Source of the DNA: a virus | Lineage: Duplodnaviria > Caudoviricetes | Length of the DNA: 35,964 nucleotides | IMG/VR virus record: IMGVR_UViG_3300031228_000019 | Location: 1 to 35,964 of that record | Strand: one strand, 5' to 3' | Shown here: piece after piece, positions 16,119-26,048 of the stretch | How positions within the stretch are numbered: the stretch's first letter is position 1 | How the letters are laid out: the number at the start of each line of letters is the position of its first letter | Translations under genes and position numbers: made by a program | The notes under the pieces: model-generated | The model's input: the letters and a program-made list of their open reading frames with translations, nothing else | The model's database searches: none | Told to the model about the DNA's origin: nothing

Positions 16119-19100
16119 ATGGCTGGACCGATCCGCATCGCCGTCCTGGCGAACGCCTCCCAGGCCACCAAGGAGCTCCGCGGGGTCGCGGGCACAGCCG
16201 ACAGCATGGGCTCCAAGGTCGCGAGCGCCGCCAAGAAGGCGGCGCTCGGCCTTGCTGTTCTCGGGGCCGGCGCGGCGATCAAGTTCACCAAGGACGCCGC
16301 GGTCCTCGACACCAAGATGCGCGAGGTCGTCACCCTCTTCGGTGAGACCGGCAAGGCCGCCGAGCGGTCCCTGGGCGTCGTGCGCGGCCAGGTGCGGTCC
16401 CTGTCCGACGAGTTCGGGATCGCCCAGGAGACGCTGACTGGCGGCCTCTACCAGGCGATCTCGGCCGGGGTGCCGCGGGACAACGCGCTGGAGTTCATGC
16501 GGGTCGCCTCGAAGGCGGCCATCGGTGGTGTGACCGACGTCGAGACCGCGGTCGACGGGCTCTCCTCGACCATCAACGCCTACGGCCTCGACGCCAAGGA
16601 CGCGAGCAAGGTCGCGGACTCGATGTTCACCGCCGTCAAGGGCGGCAAGACCACGTTCGAGGAACTTTCGTCCAGCCTCTTCAACGTCGCCCCAGCCGCC
16701 GCGGCGTCCAAGGTGTCGTTCCAGGAAGTCAACGCGGCGATCGCGACCCTCACCGCCGGCGGCACCCCGACCGCTGTGGCCACCACCCAGATCCGGGCGG
16801 CCCTGACCGGGCTGCAGCGCCCGTCCGCGGACCTCACCAAGATCTTCCAGGCACTCGGCTACGAGAACGCTCAAGTGGCGATCGAGTCGAAGGGCCTCGG
16901 CTTCGCCCTCGACGCCGTCAAGGACGCCTCGAAGGGCAACAATGGCGAGCTGCAGAAGCTGCTCGGCAGCTCCGAGGCCGTGGCCGCCGCGAACGTTCTG
17001 GCCGGCGACGGCGCGAAGAAGTTCACGGCCGAGCTGAAGAACCAGAAGAAGGCGGCCGGGGCTGCCGCCGACGCCTTCGACACCGTCAACAAGGGCGCCG
17101 AGCGGCAGTTCGAGATTCTGAAGACCAACCTCCGCAACGTTGGGCTCAGCGTCGGCCAGGCACTTCTCCCGGCCCTGGCCAAGGTGTCGTCCTACCTGGC
17201 CAGCGAGGTCGGCCCGGCCGTGGACCGAGTCACCCAGTACCTGTCGGAGAACAAGGACGAGTTCCGCGCGACCGCCCAGACCGTGGCGGACACGGTCCTC
17301 CCGCCCCTGAAGACCCTCGGCGAGATTGTCGTCGGCGTCACTGGCTTCCTCGCCGAGCTGCCCGCCCCGGTCAAAGAGATCGGGATCCAGGCCGGCATCG
17401 CCGCCCTCATCCTGCCCCGGCTGACGGCGGGAGTCACCGGCGTCACCGCGTCAATGTCCTTGGGCATCGCTCGCGCCAGGCAGTACTCCGCCGAGATGAC
17501 CTACACGGCCACCCGGACTCAGGCTGCCACCGCCATGATGGGTCGGCTTTCTACGGCGGCACGAGGTGCCGCCGGTATCGGCGGCCTGCTCGCGCTCTCC
17601 GCGGGGGCCAGCACCGCCAACCAGTCTTTGAGCTTCCTGGCCAAGGCCGGTGGCGGCGCCATGTTGGGGTTCTCCCTCGGTGGTCCTGTCGGGGCAGCCA
17701 TCGGCGCCGGGGCGGGCGCGCTCTATGGTCTGGCGTCGGCGACCTCGACCAGCGCTGTCGAGATGGTGACCGCCAAGGACAACACCAAGGCGTATGCCGA
17801 CACCCTCGACCAGTTGACCGGCGCGATCACGGCAACGACTCGAGCGCGGGTGAAGGAGCGGCTGCTCGCCGACTCGGCGACAGCGGCCAACGCCCAGGAT
17901 GCCGTCAAGTACGGCGCGTCGATGCGAGACATCATCTCGGCGACGCTCGGACAGGAGGGCGCGCTGAGGCGGCTGCGCACCGCCCAGCGTGACGCGAACG
18001 AGGAATTCCGGCGGCTCCAGGACATACACGGATTCGGTTCCGAGGAAGCCGAGGGCGCACGCCAGCTGACCAGCGCCCTGCTGCTGCTCCTCCCGCAGCT
18101 CGGCGCGGAGCGGCGCATCCTGAAGGAGAACGCTGAGGCGGCCAGGCAGCACGCCCTCGACACCCAGAAGCTGTCGAAGGTGTACGCGGGCGTCCCGCCG
18201 CGGGTGATCACCAAGATCCGGGCGGAGGGCGGTGAGGTCTCGATCGGCCTGGCCAAGCGGCTGATCCGGCAGTTCCAGCTGACCCCCAAGCAGGTCCAGA
18301 CTATCTTCCGCGCGAACAACATCGAGAAGACCGACGCCCAGGTCCGGGGGCTGATCAAGCGCGTCCTCGAAACTGAGCCGGCGAGCAGGCGCGCGAACGC
18401 TGGACTCAGCAAGGTGGGCGACGCCAAGCCGTCGAACAAGTGGGTCCAGCTCTTCCAGCAGGACGCGAACCGTGGCGAGCGACAGTCCCGCGAGGCGTCG
18501 CAGGCCGTGCAGCGTTTCCTCAAGCAGGCCGGCGAGCAGAGGCCCAACATGCAGCCGTTCCTCGGTGGGCTGACCGCCGGGATCACGACCAGTAAGGCGC
18601 GTGCCGCAGCTGGCGGGCGTGAGATCGGCGGAGCACTGAAGTCCGGCCTCGAAGGCGGGTTCTCCGGCGCGATCTCCAGTCTCTCCACCATGGCCCGCAA
18701 CGCCGTGGCGGGGGCGATCGCGGCCGGCCGCCGCGCAGCGAAGGCGCAGTCCCCCTCGCGGGAGACGATGAAGCTAGGCAAGGACCTGGGCGACGGCCTG
18801 ACCATCGGGCTGGCCAGGACGCGCGCCCAGCAGAAGAAGGCCGGCCAGGATCTGGTGGCTGCACTGCTGTCCGGGGTCGGCGGGTCGGATCAGGTCGGCA
18901 AGGCCCTCGACAAGATCCGGTCGCTGGTCGAGAGGACTGTCAAGCACAAGAAGGACAAGGTCGAGTCGGCCCGCGAGCGCGAGATCCTGAAGCACCTGAA
19001 GGACCGGTTCGCTGAGCTGACCAAGATCGGCCGAGCCCAGGACAAGGCCAAGTCGGACCTGAGGGAACAGCGCGACCTCTACAGAGGCCTCGTCCAGGGG

Positions 19101-19892
19101 GCGAGGGAGTACGCGGCGGGGATCCGTGACGCGGTCGTCGAGTCCGGCAATCTCACGACCCTCGGCAAGGACGAAGAGGGCAACGTCTCGCTGGGCGGCA
19201 TTCTCTCGGACCTGAAGGACAAGGTCGCCCGGGCCGTGCGCTACTCCGGGGTGCTGAAGCAGCTCGCGGACGCGAAGCTCAGCGGGACCGCATTGCAGCA
19301 GCTGATCGACGCCGGCCCCGAGGGCGGGCTGGCCACGGCGGCGGCGATCGCGGCCGGCGGGAAGGCGGCGGTCGACGAGGTCAATACCCTCACCGGGCAG
19401 CTGGTCACCACCGGGCAGGGTCTCGGCACCGCCATGTCGGCTGAGTTCCACACGGCCGGGATCAATGCTGCGGCTGCCCTGGTGCGCGGGCTGGAGAAGG
19501 ACTCGGCCGCCCTGGACCGGGCCGCGAAGAGGCTGGCGAGGCGGCTCGCTGCGGCGGTGCGTAGCGAGCTCGGGATCAAGTCTCCGTCGCGGGTGTTCAT
19601 GAAGATCGGCGACGAGGTCATGAAGGGCCTGGAGATCGCCCTGGACGAGACGCGGGCGGCGAGCCTCGGCACCGGTACGGCGAAGTCGCTGGTGCAGGGC
19701 TTCGGAACTCCGTCGCTGGACTCGTTCAACGCGGTCGCCGGAGCAGCCAGCGCCAGCACGGGGTCGACGACGGTGAAGATCTACGTGACCGCCCCGGTGG
19801 GTTCGTCCAAGGCTGAGATCGGCGCTGAGGTGAAGTCCACTCTGGATGCCTACTACAACTCCGGCGGTCGAGACCTGGCGATCGGCGGATGA
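16119..19892 (+). CDS. Tape measure protein (TP901-family core)
   Basis: 1257 aa, Ala/Gly rich. GLYQAISAG, ADSMFTAVKGGKTTFEEL core; Gly-rich hydrophobic segments; AQSPSR and LGIKSPSRVF motifs. Confidence 0.95.
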   Translation: MAGPIRIAVLANASQATKELRGVAGTADSMGSKVASAAKKAALGLAVLGAGAAIKFTKDAAVLDTKMREVVTLFGETGKAAERSLGVVRGQVRSLSDEFGIAQETLTGGLYQAISAGVPRDNALEFMRVASKAAIGGVTDVETAVDGLSSTINAYGLDAKDASKVADSMFTAVKGGKTTFEELSSSLFNVAPAAAASKVSFQEVNAAIATLTAGGTPTAVATTQIRAALTGLQRPSADLTKIFQALGYENAQVAIESKGLGFALDAVKDASKGNNGELQKLLGSSEAVAAANVLAGDGAKKFTAELKNQKKAAGAAADAFDTVNKGAERQFEILKTNLRNVGLSVGQALLPALAKVSSYLASEVGPAVDRVTQYLSENKDEFRATAQTVADTVLPPLKTLGEIVVGVTGFLAELPAPVKEIGIQAGIAALILPRLTAGVTGVTASMSLGIARARQYSAEMTYTATRTQAATAMMGRLSTAARGAAGIGGLLALSAGASTANQSLSFLAKAGGGAMLGFSLGGPVGAAIGAGAGALYGLASATSTSAVEMVTAKDNTKAYADTLDQLTGAITATTRARVKERLLADSATAANAQDAVKYGASMRDIISATLGQEGALRRLRTAQRDANEEFRRLQDIHGFGSEEAEGARQLTSALLLLLPQLGAERRILKENAEAARQHALDTQKLSKVYAGVPPRVITKIRAEGGEVSIGLAKRLIRQFQLTPKQVQTIFRANNIEKTDAQVRGLIKRVLETEPASRRANAGLSKVGDAKPSNKWVQLFQQDANRGERQSREASQAVQRFLKQAGEQRPNMQPFLGGLTAGITTSKARAAAGGREIGGALKSGLEGGFSGAISSLSTMARNAVAGAIAAGRRAAKAQSPSRETMKLGKDLGDGLTIGLARTRAQQKKAGQDLVAALLSGVGGSDQVGKALDKIRSLVERTVKHKKDKVESAREREILKHLKDRFAELTKIGRAQDKAKSDLREQRDLYRGLVQGAREYAAGIRDAVVESGNLTTLGKDEEGNVSLGGILSDLKDKVARAVRYSGVLKQLADAKLSGTALQQLIDAGPEGGLATAAAIAAGGKAAVDEVNTLTGQLVTTGQGLGTAMSAEFHTAGINAAAALVRGLEKDSAALDRAAKRLARRLAAAVRSELGIKSPSRVFMKIGDEVMKGLEIALDETRAASLGTGTAKSLVQGFGTPSLDSFNAVAGAASASTGSTTVKIYVTAPVGSSKAEIGAEVKSTLDAYYNSGGRDLAIGG

Positions 19893-21463
19893 CGCTCCTC
19901 GACAACCTCCGGGTCGGCCTTTTCGTGCCGAACACGGGGACGCTGAACGAGATCCGCAACCCTTCGGGGGAGAACGGCACCACCTCAGGGTGGGAGGAGG
20001 TCAACACCCTCGACCTCACCGCCTCGGCGACGTCAGACGGCCCGCTCGACCACGGAATCGCAGGCCCGAAGTTCATCGGCGCGACGGCCGTGAGCGGCGG
20101 CCCCGTCGGGAAGGCGCAGACGATCGGCTACCCCTACGTCATCTCAGAGTGGGTGGCGGTCAAGTACGAGGTGCCTTATGTCGACGGCTTCTACCGGGTC
20201 GGGTTTCAGTTCCTAGCCTCCAACGGGGCCGTGCAGGAGACCAGTCAGTCGGGGTATCTCACTGCCGGCGGCGCCGTCGCCTACGGGGCGATCCAGGCGG
20301 CCGCCTTCGGCATCGAGTCCGTTCGTGTCGTGTTCTGGCACTACTCGACCAACACCGGTACGGCCGCCACGGCGGGCCAGGAACTGATTTTCCGCAACGT
20401 GCAACTCGGGATCGCGGCCACGGCGCTAGAAGCGCTGGACATCGTTGACCGGGGCGAGTGGCACGACGACATCCTGGGGCCGCACACCTCCCTGTCGATC
20501 ACCCGGCGACCCATGGAGCGGGGGTCGGTGGGCGCGGTTCTCGACTCTGCGCGGTTGCCGGCGGGTCGTGACGCGGAACTCAAGCCGGGCGCCGGCTACC
20601 GGATCCGTCTCGGCTCCGAGGATCTGGTGTCGTGCCTGTTGGTGGAGCGCCGGCCGGAGGAGTCGAACCGTCCGCAGCCGCTGACCGTGCTGGAGGGGGC
20701 GGACAACGTCCGCGTGCTGCAGGTGAGGCCCGAGTACCGGGTCACGGAGGGCACGTTCGGGACCCTTCCCCTTGAACCGCTGTGGGAGGTCTTCTCTGAC
20801 TCCGAGATCCCGTGGAAGATCAACGGCTCCTCGGCGGCAGGCCCGGGCATGGAGGGTGAGGGCGTCGTCAACACGAACATGACGGCGATCGACCAGGTCG
20901 TCCTGGCGCGCGACAGCAATGCGCCGGCCTATGCGTGGTTCGACCGAGCCGGGATCGGCATCGTGAACGACCTCGCCAACATGCCTGTCGCGCCGGTGGC
21001 CACCGTCAACGAAAGCGTCTACTCCCAGTTCGTCACCGGCTTCAACATGGACGCCTGCTTCAACCAGGTCACCGTGAAGAGGATCACTGGGGAGGACCTG
21101 GGGACCTATGTCGACGCCGAGTCGGTCGAGGAGTGGGGCGAGCGGCCGGTCACGGTGAGGGTCCCTAATCAACGCTCATCGGTCCAGTCGCTCGCGCAGA
21201 CGTTCCTGGACCTGAACAAGGACCCGGTCTTCCAGGTGCTGTCGGTGCAGATTCCGCTGCACCGGATCAGCAACACCGCGGTCGCGTTGCTCGACCTGTA
21301 CGACACGGTCACCGTGAAGAACAAAGAGCAGGGCATCGACGAGGACTACTGGGTCACGTCGATCCATCACGAGATCACGCCTGAGCGGTGGATTCTCACT
21401 CTCGGGTTCACCGTCCCGGGGATCGCCGCGATCCCGCAAGTCCTACCCGACATGCCGACGTGA
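19889..21463 (+). CDS. Minor tail / baseplate hub protein
   Basis: First gene after the tape measure. N-terminal NEIRNPSGE beta-sandwich-like region; C-terminal DAESVEEWGER and LDLYDTVTV...VTSIHHEITPERW hub-like motifs. Confidence 0.75.
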   Translation: MTLLDNLRVGLFVPNTGTLNEIRNPSGENGTTSGWEEVNTLDLTASATSDGPLDHGIAGPKFIGATAVSGGPVGKAQTIGYPYVISEWVAVKYEVPYVDGFYRVGFQFLASNGAVQETSQSGYLTAGGAVAYGAIQAAAFGIESVRVVFWHYSTNTGTAATAGQELIFRNVQLGIAATALEALDIVDRGEWHDDILGPHTSLSITRRPMERGSVGAVLDSARLPAGRDAELKPGAGYRIRLGSEDLVSCLLVERRPEESNRPQPLTVLEGADNVRVLQVRPEYRVTEGTFGTLPLEPLWEVFSDSEIPWKINGSSAAGPGMEGEGVVNTNMTAIDQVVLARDSNAPAYAWFDRAGIGIVNDLANMPVAPVATVNESVYSQFVTGFNMDACFNQVTVKRITGEDLGTYVDAESVEEWGERPVTVRVPNQRSSVQSLAQTFLDLNKDPVFQVLSVQIPLHRISNTAVALLDLYDTVTVKNKEQGIDEDYWVTSIHHEITPERWILTLGFTVPGIAAIPQVLPDMPT

Positions 21464-21473
21464 GGAAGCCACG

Positions 21474-21926
21474 ATGATCGGGACACCCGGCACCATCGCC
21501 ACCGCCACCGTCCGCGGCCGACCCGGCGTGCGCGTCATGGCCACCAGCGACGGCGACACGCGCACAGCGTGGATGAGCGCCACCCCCATCGCGTCGTTCA
21601 CCTGGCACCCCGACCATCTCGTGACCGACGTCGTGGTCCTGACCGCCGCCACGGTCACGGCCGCCGACCTGGCCGCCCTCACCAACGCCGGCGGCGCAAC
21701 CCTGCTCGCGCTCCGCGACAAGCTCGCCGCCGCACAGACGCCGCCGCCCAAACCCAACGAACCCCTCACGCGCGGCGCCGTCGTCCTCGACGTCGACGGC
21801 CGCCAGTGGGTCCGTGCCGCCGCGTCCGGGGTCAACCGCGCATGGGTGCAGTTCGAGACCCGCAAGACCGGTGTCGCCTACGGCGACATCCTCGCCGTCC
21901 AGATCATCGACAACGTACCGAGTTAG
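21474..21926 (+). CDS. Hypothetical protein
   Basis: RBS GAGGAAG, strong C-ending codon bias, fills the gap between tail genes. Confidence 0.7.
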   Translation: MIGTPGTIATATVRGRPGVRVMATSDGDTRTAWMSATPIASFTWHPDHLVTDVVVLTAATVTAADLAALTNAGGATLLALRDKLAAAQTPPPKPNEPLTRGAVVLDVDGRQWVRAAASGVNRAWVQFETRKTGVAYGDILAVQIIDNVPS

Positions 21927-21937
21927 GGAGTCTGACC

Positions 21938-22336
21938 GTGGGCATACTCGCACCGATTGTGGAGCAGTCACAGCCCGCCTACCTCGACGAGGGTTTCGAT
22001 TCCGGCGGGGTCGAGGGAGCCACCTGGCGGATCAAGTTGGGCGTCCTTCGCGACGAGGCTGGCGACCCGATCGACCTGACCGGGATCACGGGCGATTCGT
22101 TCTGCAAGGTCTACGACGGGTTCGAGGGCTCCCTCGTGGCGACCTTCACGGTGACGGGCCACGTCGGCGGGCAGTTCACGCTCGAGCTCGACGAGGCGAC
22201 GACGGCAGGACTCGCTGGGGCTGCTGAGGTGTCGGGCCGCGAGTGCGTGTGGGAGTGCGTGCTCGACGACGGCACCGACGAGGCACAGATGTGGATGACC
22301 TCCAACAGCCCGTTCACCATCTACCAAGGAGAGTGA
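21938..22336 (+). CDS. Minor tail protein, Ig-like fibre adaptor (BppU-like)
   Basis: RBS GGGAG before GTG 21938; GATW...DEAGDPIDLTG...GQFTLELD...T pattern; precedes the fibre gene. Confidence 0.6.
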   Translation: MGILAPIVEQSQPAYLDEGFDSGGVEGATWRIKLGVLRDEAGDPIDLTGITGDSFCKVYDGFEGSLVATFTVTGHVGGQFTLELDEATTAGLAGAAEVSGRECVWECVLDDGTDEAQMWMTSNSPFTIYQGE

Positions 22337-22337
22337 C

Positions 22338-23816
22338 ATGGGCCAATTGACGACGAGGACCGGAACCAAGCTGAGGCTGAAGCCGAGCAGCACGGGCGAG
22401 GTCATCATGCCCGCGATCCGTCGTGGGGCGGTTGGCGACATTGGTCCAGCGGGTCCGACCGGCGACGTGACCCCGGAGGCGCTGGCCGCCCAGGCTGCAG
22501 CGGAGACCGCGGAGGCGAACGCTGAAGCCGCCCAGGCCGCAGCAGAGGCCGCCGCCGCAGACGCCGAGGCGATCACTGGGCTCACGGGCGAGGACGCGGC
22601 TGTCGCGTTCCTGGTCGATGACACCGGGTCCGCCACCCATGCCGCCGCGAACACGCGCATCTCGGACAAGGTCTCCACCGACATTACGAACGGCGCCAGC
22701 ACGACACGAACCGCGATTGCCAGCGAACTACTTGCCGTCACGGACGGTGGTTTGATCGCCGGGGCGGGTGGCCCGACCAGGCCGAACGTACAACTCGGCG
22801 GTGCCCTGAACGGCACCACGATCGACACCGACCAGATCCACGGCGTCATCCTCCAGCCCGGCGGCCCTGGCTACAACAACATCATCGGCGGCGACGGCAC
22901 CGCGACAGTCGGGACGGTCACCCCCAACGTGGTCGACCCAGCTATCGGGAACTGCGGAGTGTCGCTGATCGGCGGCTACGACAACGTCGCTGGACAGATC
23001 TCCTCGAAAATCATCGCCGACCACTCCTACACCGAACCCGGCGGCTCCGGCCACAACGGCATCTACGGCGGCACCGGCCACATCATGCGCACCGCAGCCA
23101 ATCACTCCATGATCGCGGGCGGCAGGTCGCTCGACGTGGGCGGCGCGTTCTCACTGACCACTGGCGACCAGAACGACAACAACGGTGCCCACTCGTTCGT
23201 GTCGGGATGGACGAATGTCTTAGCGTCGTCGCAGGCGAGCGTGGTTGGCGGCCAGTCGAACACGGTGAACACTTCCTACGCCAACGTCACGGGCTACCAG
23301 AACACCGCCGACGCTGCCGCCTTGTTCGCAGATATGCACGGCGCGAACGGTAAGGCCCGCGCGCCGTTCGTAACGGTCAGGTCGTCGGGCAAGATCTCCG
23401 CAGACGGCGACTCCCAACACGCAGAGGCCCACTACCGGGGGCAGTCCACGTCGGCCACCCAACTGCTGCTGATCGCGGCCTACACCGGCGCGGGCGCCAG
23501 TAGCCAGTACCTGATGGTGGAAGGTCAGACCGCGGTCCTCACCGCCACGGTCGTCGCAAAGACCGCGGCCGGAGCCACGGTCGGGGCGTGGACCATCCGA
23601 GGCGTGGCCCAGTGGCTCACTGGCGGCGGCGCACCCACCTGGCTGGGCGGCACACCCGCCCCCACCGCGCTCTACACAGACGGCAGCGCCGCCACCACGT
23701 CCCTCCTCCTAGGCGCTGGCGGGTCCGCTGGTCGCGTGTTCGTGGCCTGCACAGGGATCGCCGCGACCACGATCAACTGGTCCGCCAAGTTCGAAGCCGT
23801 AGAGGTAGTCGCATGA
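22338..23816 (+). CDS. Tail fibre / receptor-binding protein
   Basis: Short G-x-y collagen-like run (GAVGDIGPAGPTGD), Ala/Glu coiled coil, repeated S-x-x-x-GG-x-x-N beta-roll units, and a C-terminal beta domain. Confidence 0.8.
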   Translation: MGQLTTRTGTKLRLKPSSTGEVIMPAIRRGAVGDIGPAGPTGDVTPEALAAQAAAETAEANAEAAQAAAEAAAADAEAITGLTGEDAAVAFLVDDTGSATHAAANTRISDKVSTDITNGASTTRTAIASELLAVTDGGLIAGAGGPTRPNVQLGGALNGTTIDTDQIHGVILQPGGPGYNNIIGGDGTATVGTVTPNVVDPAIGNCGVSLIGGYDNVAGQISSKIIADHSYTEPGGSGHNGIYGGTGHIMRTAANHSMIAGGRSLDVGGAFSLTTGDQNDNNGAHSFVSGWTNVLASSQASVVGGQSNTVNTSYANVTGYQNTADAAALFADMHGANGKARAPFVTVRSSGKISADGDSQHAEAHYRGQSTSATQLLLIAAYTGAGASSQYLMVEGQTAVLTATVVAKTAAGATVGAWTIRGVAQWLTGGGAPTWLGGTPAPTALYTDGSAATTSLLLGAGGSAGRVFVACTGIAATTINWSAKFEAVEVVA

Positions 23817-24178
23817 TGTCCACCGACTCCGCGATCCTGCTGATGCTCGCTGAGCAGCGACAGACCATCGCCGCCTTGCAGGACGAGGTCGCCGCGATTC
23901 GGCAACAGCCGCAGGAGTTCGAGCTCTCGTCCGAGGCGCAGGAGCCGGCGGTGATGCCCACCCCACACGACCCTGTCGCCGCTGGTGACTCCTCCTGCTC
24001 CAGGGTCGAATGCTGCGATGAGCTCGCCCTTCGCCGACAGATCGCTCAAGAGATGCTGGACGAGGCCGCCGCATACGAGCGGATGCCACACGGCGCTAAC
24101 GCGGCTGCCATCTTTGTAGAGGCTGCGCGACTGGTTGTCAGCTCTCTTCCAGATCCCGAGCGTCCCGCCACCTCGTGA
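23813..24178 (+). CDS. Hypothetical protein with N-terminal coiled coil
   Basis: ATGA overlap with the fibre stop. The 3' end overlaps the convergent HNH gene by ~40 nt. Confidence 0.55.
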   Translation: MMSTDSAILLMLAEQRQTIAALQDEVAAIRQQPQEFELSSEAQEPAVMPTPHDPVAAGDSSCSRVECCDELALRRQIAQEMLDEAAAYERMPHGANAAAIFVEAARLVVSSLPDPERPATS

Positions 24179-24689
24179 GGAACACCTCTCCCTTTTCCGT
24201 GAGCATGTACCCCTCACGCTGGTTCATCACGACGCCGGTGGGCCCCGACGTGACCATGGTGTTGTTGGGCGAAGCCACCTTCTTCATCAGGCCGTCTCTC
24301 AGCAGATACCACATCTGGATGTCGAGACCGCCGGGCAGATCGAGAATCTGACCGACCTTCATGTTGTTCAGAACGGCGAGTTCGAGGCATCGCCGCTCTA
24401 GGTCGCCGTAGCGGTTGGTTACCAGCGCGAGGTTGGCTTTGTACTGGAGCATCGCCAAGCGATCGATCTCTCCGATCGTGGCGCGGTGATGACACACGGC
24501 GCACAAGCAGATCAGGTTGTCGAAGTCGTGTCTCTTGACCTTCACCCAATCCACGATGTGGTGCACCTGGAGAGCAGCTGTTCCCCGACATGTGGGTATA
24601 GCGCAGCGATGCCCAGCCTCAATCATGACCTGCCGCCGTAGAGGGCGCGGAATGTCCCGACCAGCGTCCTTGGGGTCCGGATCTGCCAT
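24138..24689 (-). CDS. HNH endonuclease with C-terminal extension (moron)
   Basis: RDIPRPLRRQVMIEAGHRCAIPTC...VHHIVDW...HDFDNLICLCAVCH. Antisense to the late operon and visibly more AT-rich. Confidence 0.88.
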   Translation of the reverse strand: MADPDPKDAGRDIPRPLRRQVMIEAGHRCAIPTCRGTAALQVHHIVDWVKVKRHDFDNLICLCAVCHHRATIGEIDRLAMLQYKANLALVTNRYGDLERRCLELAVLNNMKVGQILDLPGGLDIQMWYLLRDGLMKKVASPNNTMVTSGPTGVVMNQREGYMLTEKGEVFLTRWRDARDLEES

Positions 24690-24841
24690 GCGCGGAGCCT
24701 CTCACCCGTCGAGTCTTATCGCCAGGGCGTCCAGATTGAATCCGTCGTCGCCGTACAGCGGCTCGGCATGGGCTTCCGCGCGTTGGGCATTCGCCGCCGT
24801 CCAATCACATCGAGTCGATCCCAACCGCGAGGAGCCCACCG

Positions 24842-25048
24842 ATGCCCCCACGCTTCCAGCTACCCCTGGCCCTACTCGTCACCGGCCTCTTCATCACCGC
24901 CGTCCACGACTACGCCTACCGCCGCATCGACCAAGGCGAAGGCGACTACGAACTCTGGGGCGCCATCTCCCACGCCGGCTCCGACATGATCGTTACTACC
25001 CTCGCCCTCGTCACCATCGCCCTGTTCTGGCCCGGTGAGCGAAGGTGA
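24842..25048 (+). CDS. Small two-TM membrane protein
   Basis: RBS GAGGAG and two hydrophobic segments. Confidence 0.7.
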   Translation: MPPRFQLPLALLVTGLFITAVHDYAYRRIDQGEGDYELWGAISHAGSDMIVTTLALVTIALFWPGERR

Positions 25049-25146
25049 GCGCCCTCCACCTGGGCGGCTGGCACCTCGCCCACTCGGCGTTCATCGTGGT
25101 CCCACTCGTCGTCCTAGCCGCGCTCATCATCTGGAGGCGGCGATGA
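25045..25146 (+). CDS. 33-aa single-TM microprotein (MSALHLGGWHLAHSAFIVVPLVVLAALIIWRRR)
   Basis: Not in the ORF track. GTGA overlap upstream and ATGA overlap downstream; TM helix followed by RRR. Confidence 0.6.
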   Translation: MSALHLGGWHLAHSAFIVVPLVVLAALIIWRRR

Positions 25147-25607
25147 GAAACACCTGGGACCGCTTCAAGGCCGCCTTCCTCCTCCAGCCCTACCAACTCC
25201 CCATCGTGCTGGCGGCGGCGGCCCTCGCCATCGTGTTCACCATCTGGCCCCAGGCTCTGGACCACGCGCCCATCGCCTTCGAGCGGCGCGGCATCATCCA
25301 CCACATCTGGCACTACAGCCTGTTCGCCGGTTCGTTCGTCGCCCTCTACGGCATGTTCTCCGAATCCGCGCGACGCCTGCAGATCGAGTTCGCCGGCCTA
25401 CTCACGCTGCTGGTCGTCATTGCGCTGAACACGATCGCGCTCGCCGCCGACACCATGACCAACCCGCCCGGCGCCGAATCAGGTCTCGGCCTCGCGCTGC
25501 GTTGCGCTGTCCTCGCCGGGTTGGGGGGCCGCGGGTACACGCTGCTCCGACAGCCCACCATCCACGTCTCCCTCGAGCCACGGAGGGGCGACGATGGGGG
25601 CCTCTGA
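25143..25607 (+). CDS. Four-TM membrane protein (holin-like, lysis cassette)
   Basis: RBS GGAGG before ATG 25143 and four hydrophobic segments. Confidence 0.7.
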   Translation: MRNTWDRFKAAFLLQPYQLPIVLAAAALAIVFTIWPQALDHAPIAFERRGIIHHIWHYSLFAGSFVALYGMFSESARRLQIEFAGLLTLLVVIALNTIALAADTMTNPPGAESGLGLALRCAVLAGLGGRGYTLLRQPTIHVSLEPRRGDDGGL

Positions 25608-25986
25608 GTACGTCAGCCTCGCCGTGATCGTGCTCGGCTCCGGTGTCGGCGTCCTGGCCTACTTCAAGTACAAGCCCGGGCAACGCGAACAGGTCGACAT
25701 GACCATCGCGCAGGCCACGATGAACGTCGCCCAGGGCACGTTTCAGCTCGTCACGACCGAGTTGGAGGACCAGTTCACCCGCATGTCCACAGAGATGCGG
25801 AAGATGCGCGAGGAGCACGCCCAGTACCGCGCCGACACCGATGCACGTCTCGCCGAACTGTCGGCCGAGCTACGCAACGAGCGCGCCGAGAAGCAACACT
25901 TCAAGGCCGAAGCCGGGCGACTCTCCCTCCGGGTCAGCGAGCTCGAGGCCGAGGTTGGCCGACTCAAGGCCGAACGGCGTCCCTGA
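25594..25986 (+). CDS. N-terminal TM plus coiled-coil protein (lysis cassette)
   Basis: VSLAVIVLGSGVGVLAYF followed by a long heptad-rich helix; RBS GGAGG. Confidence 0.75.
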   Translation: MGASEYVSLAVIVLGSGVGVLAYFKYKPGQREQVDMTIAQATMNVAQGTFQLVTTELEDQFTRMSTEMRKMREEHAQYRADTDARLAELSAELRNERAEKQHFKAEAGRLSLRVSELEAEVGRLKAERRP

Positions 25987-26048
25987 CTCTGCGCCACCGT
26001 CTCCGCGTCTACCTGGCGCGGCTCATCACCCGACCGCTGGAGGTCGCC

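Noticed and set aside
11946-19862. Diversity-generating retroelement TR/VR pair for the protease/TMP repeat
   Set aside because: No reverse transcriptase is in the window. Differences are mostly synonymous third-position changes and are not adenine-specific.
22425-22470. Collagen-like protein as a separate feature
   Set aside because: There are only about five G-x-y triplets, which is ordinary for a tail fibre N-terminus.
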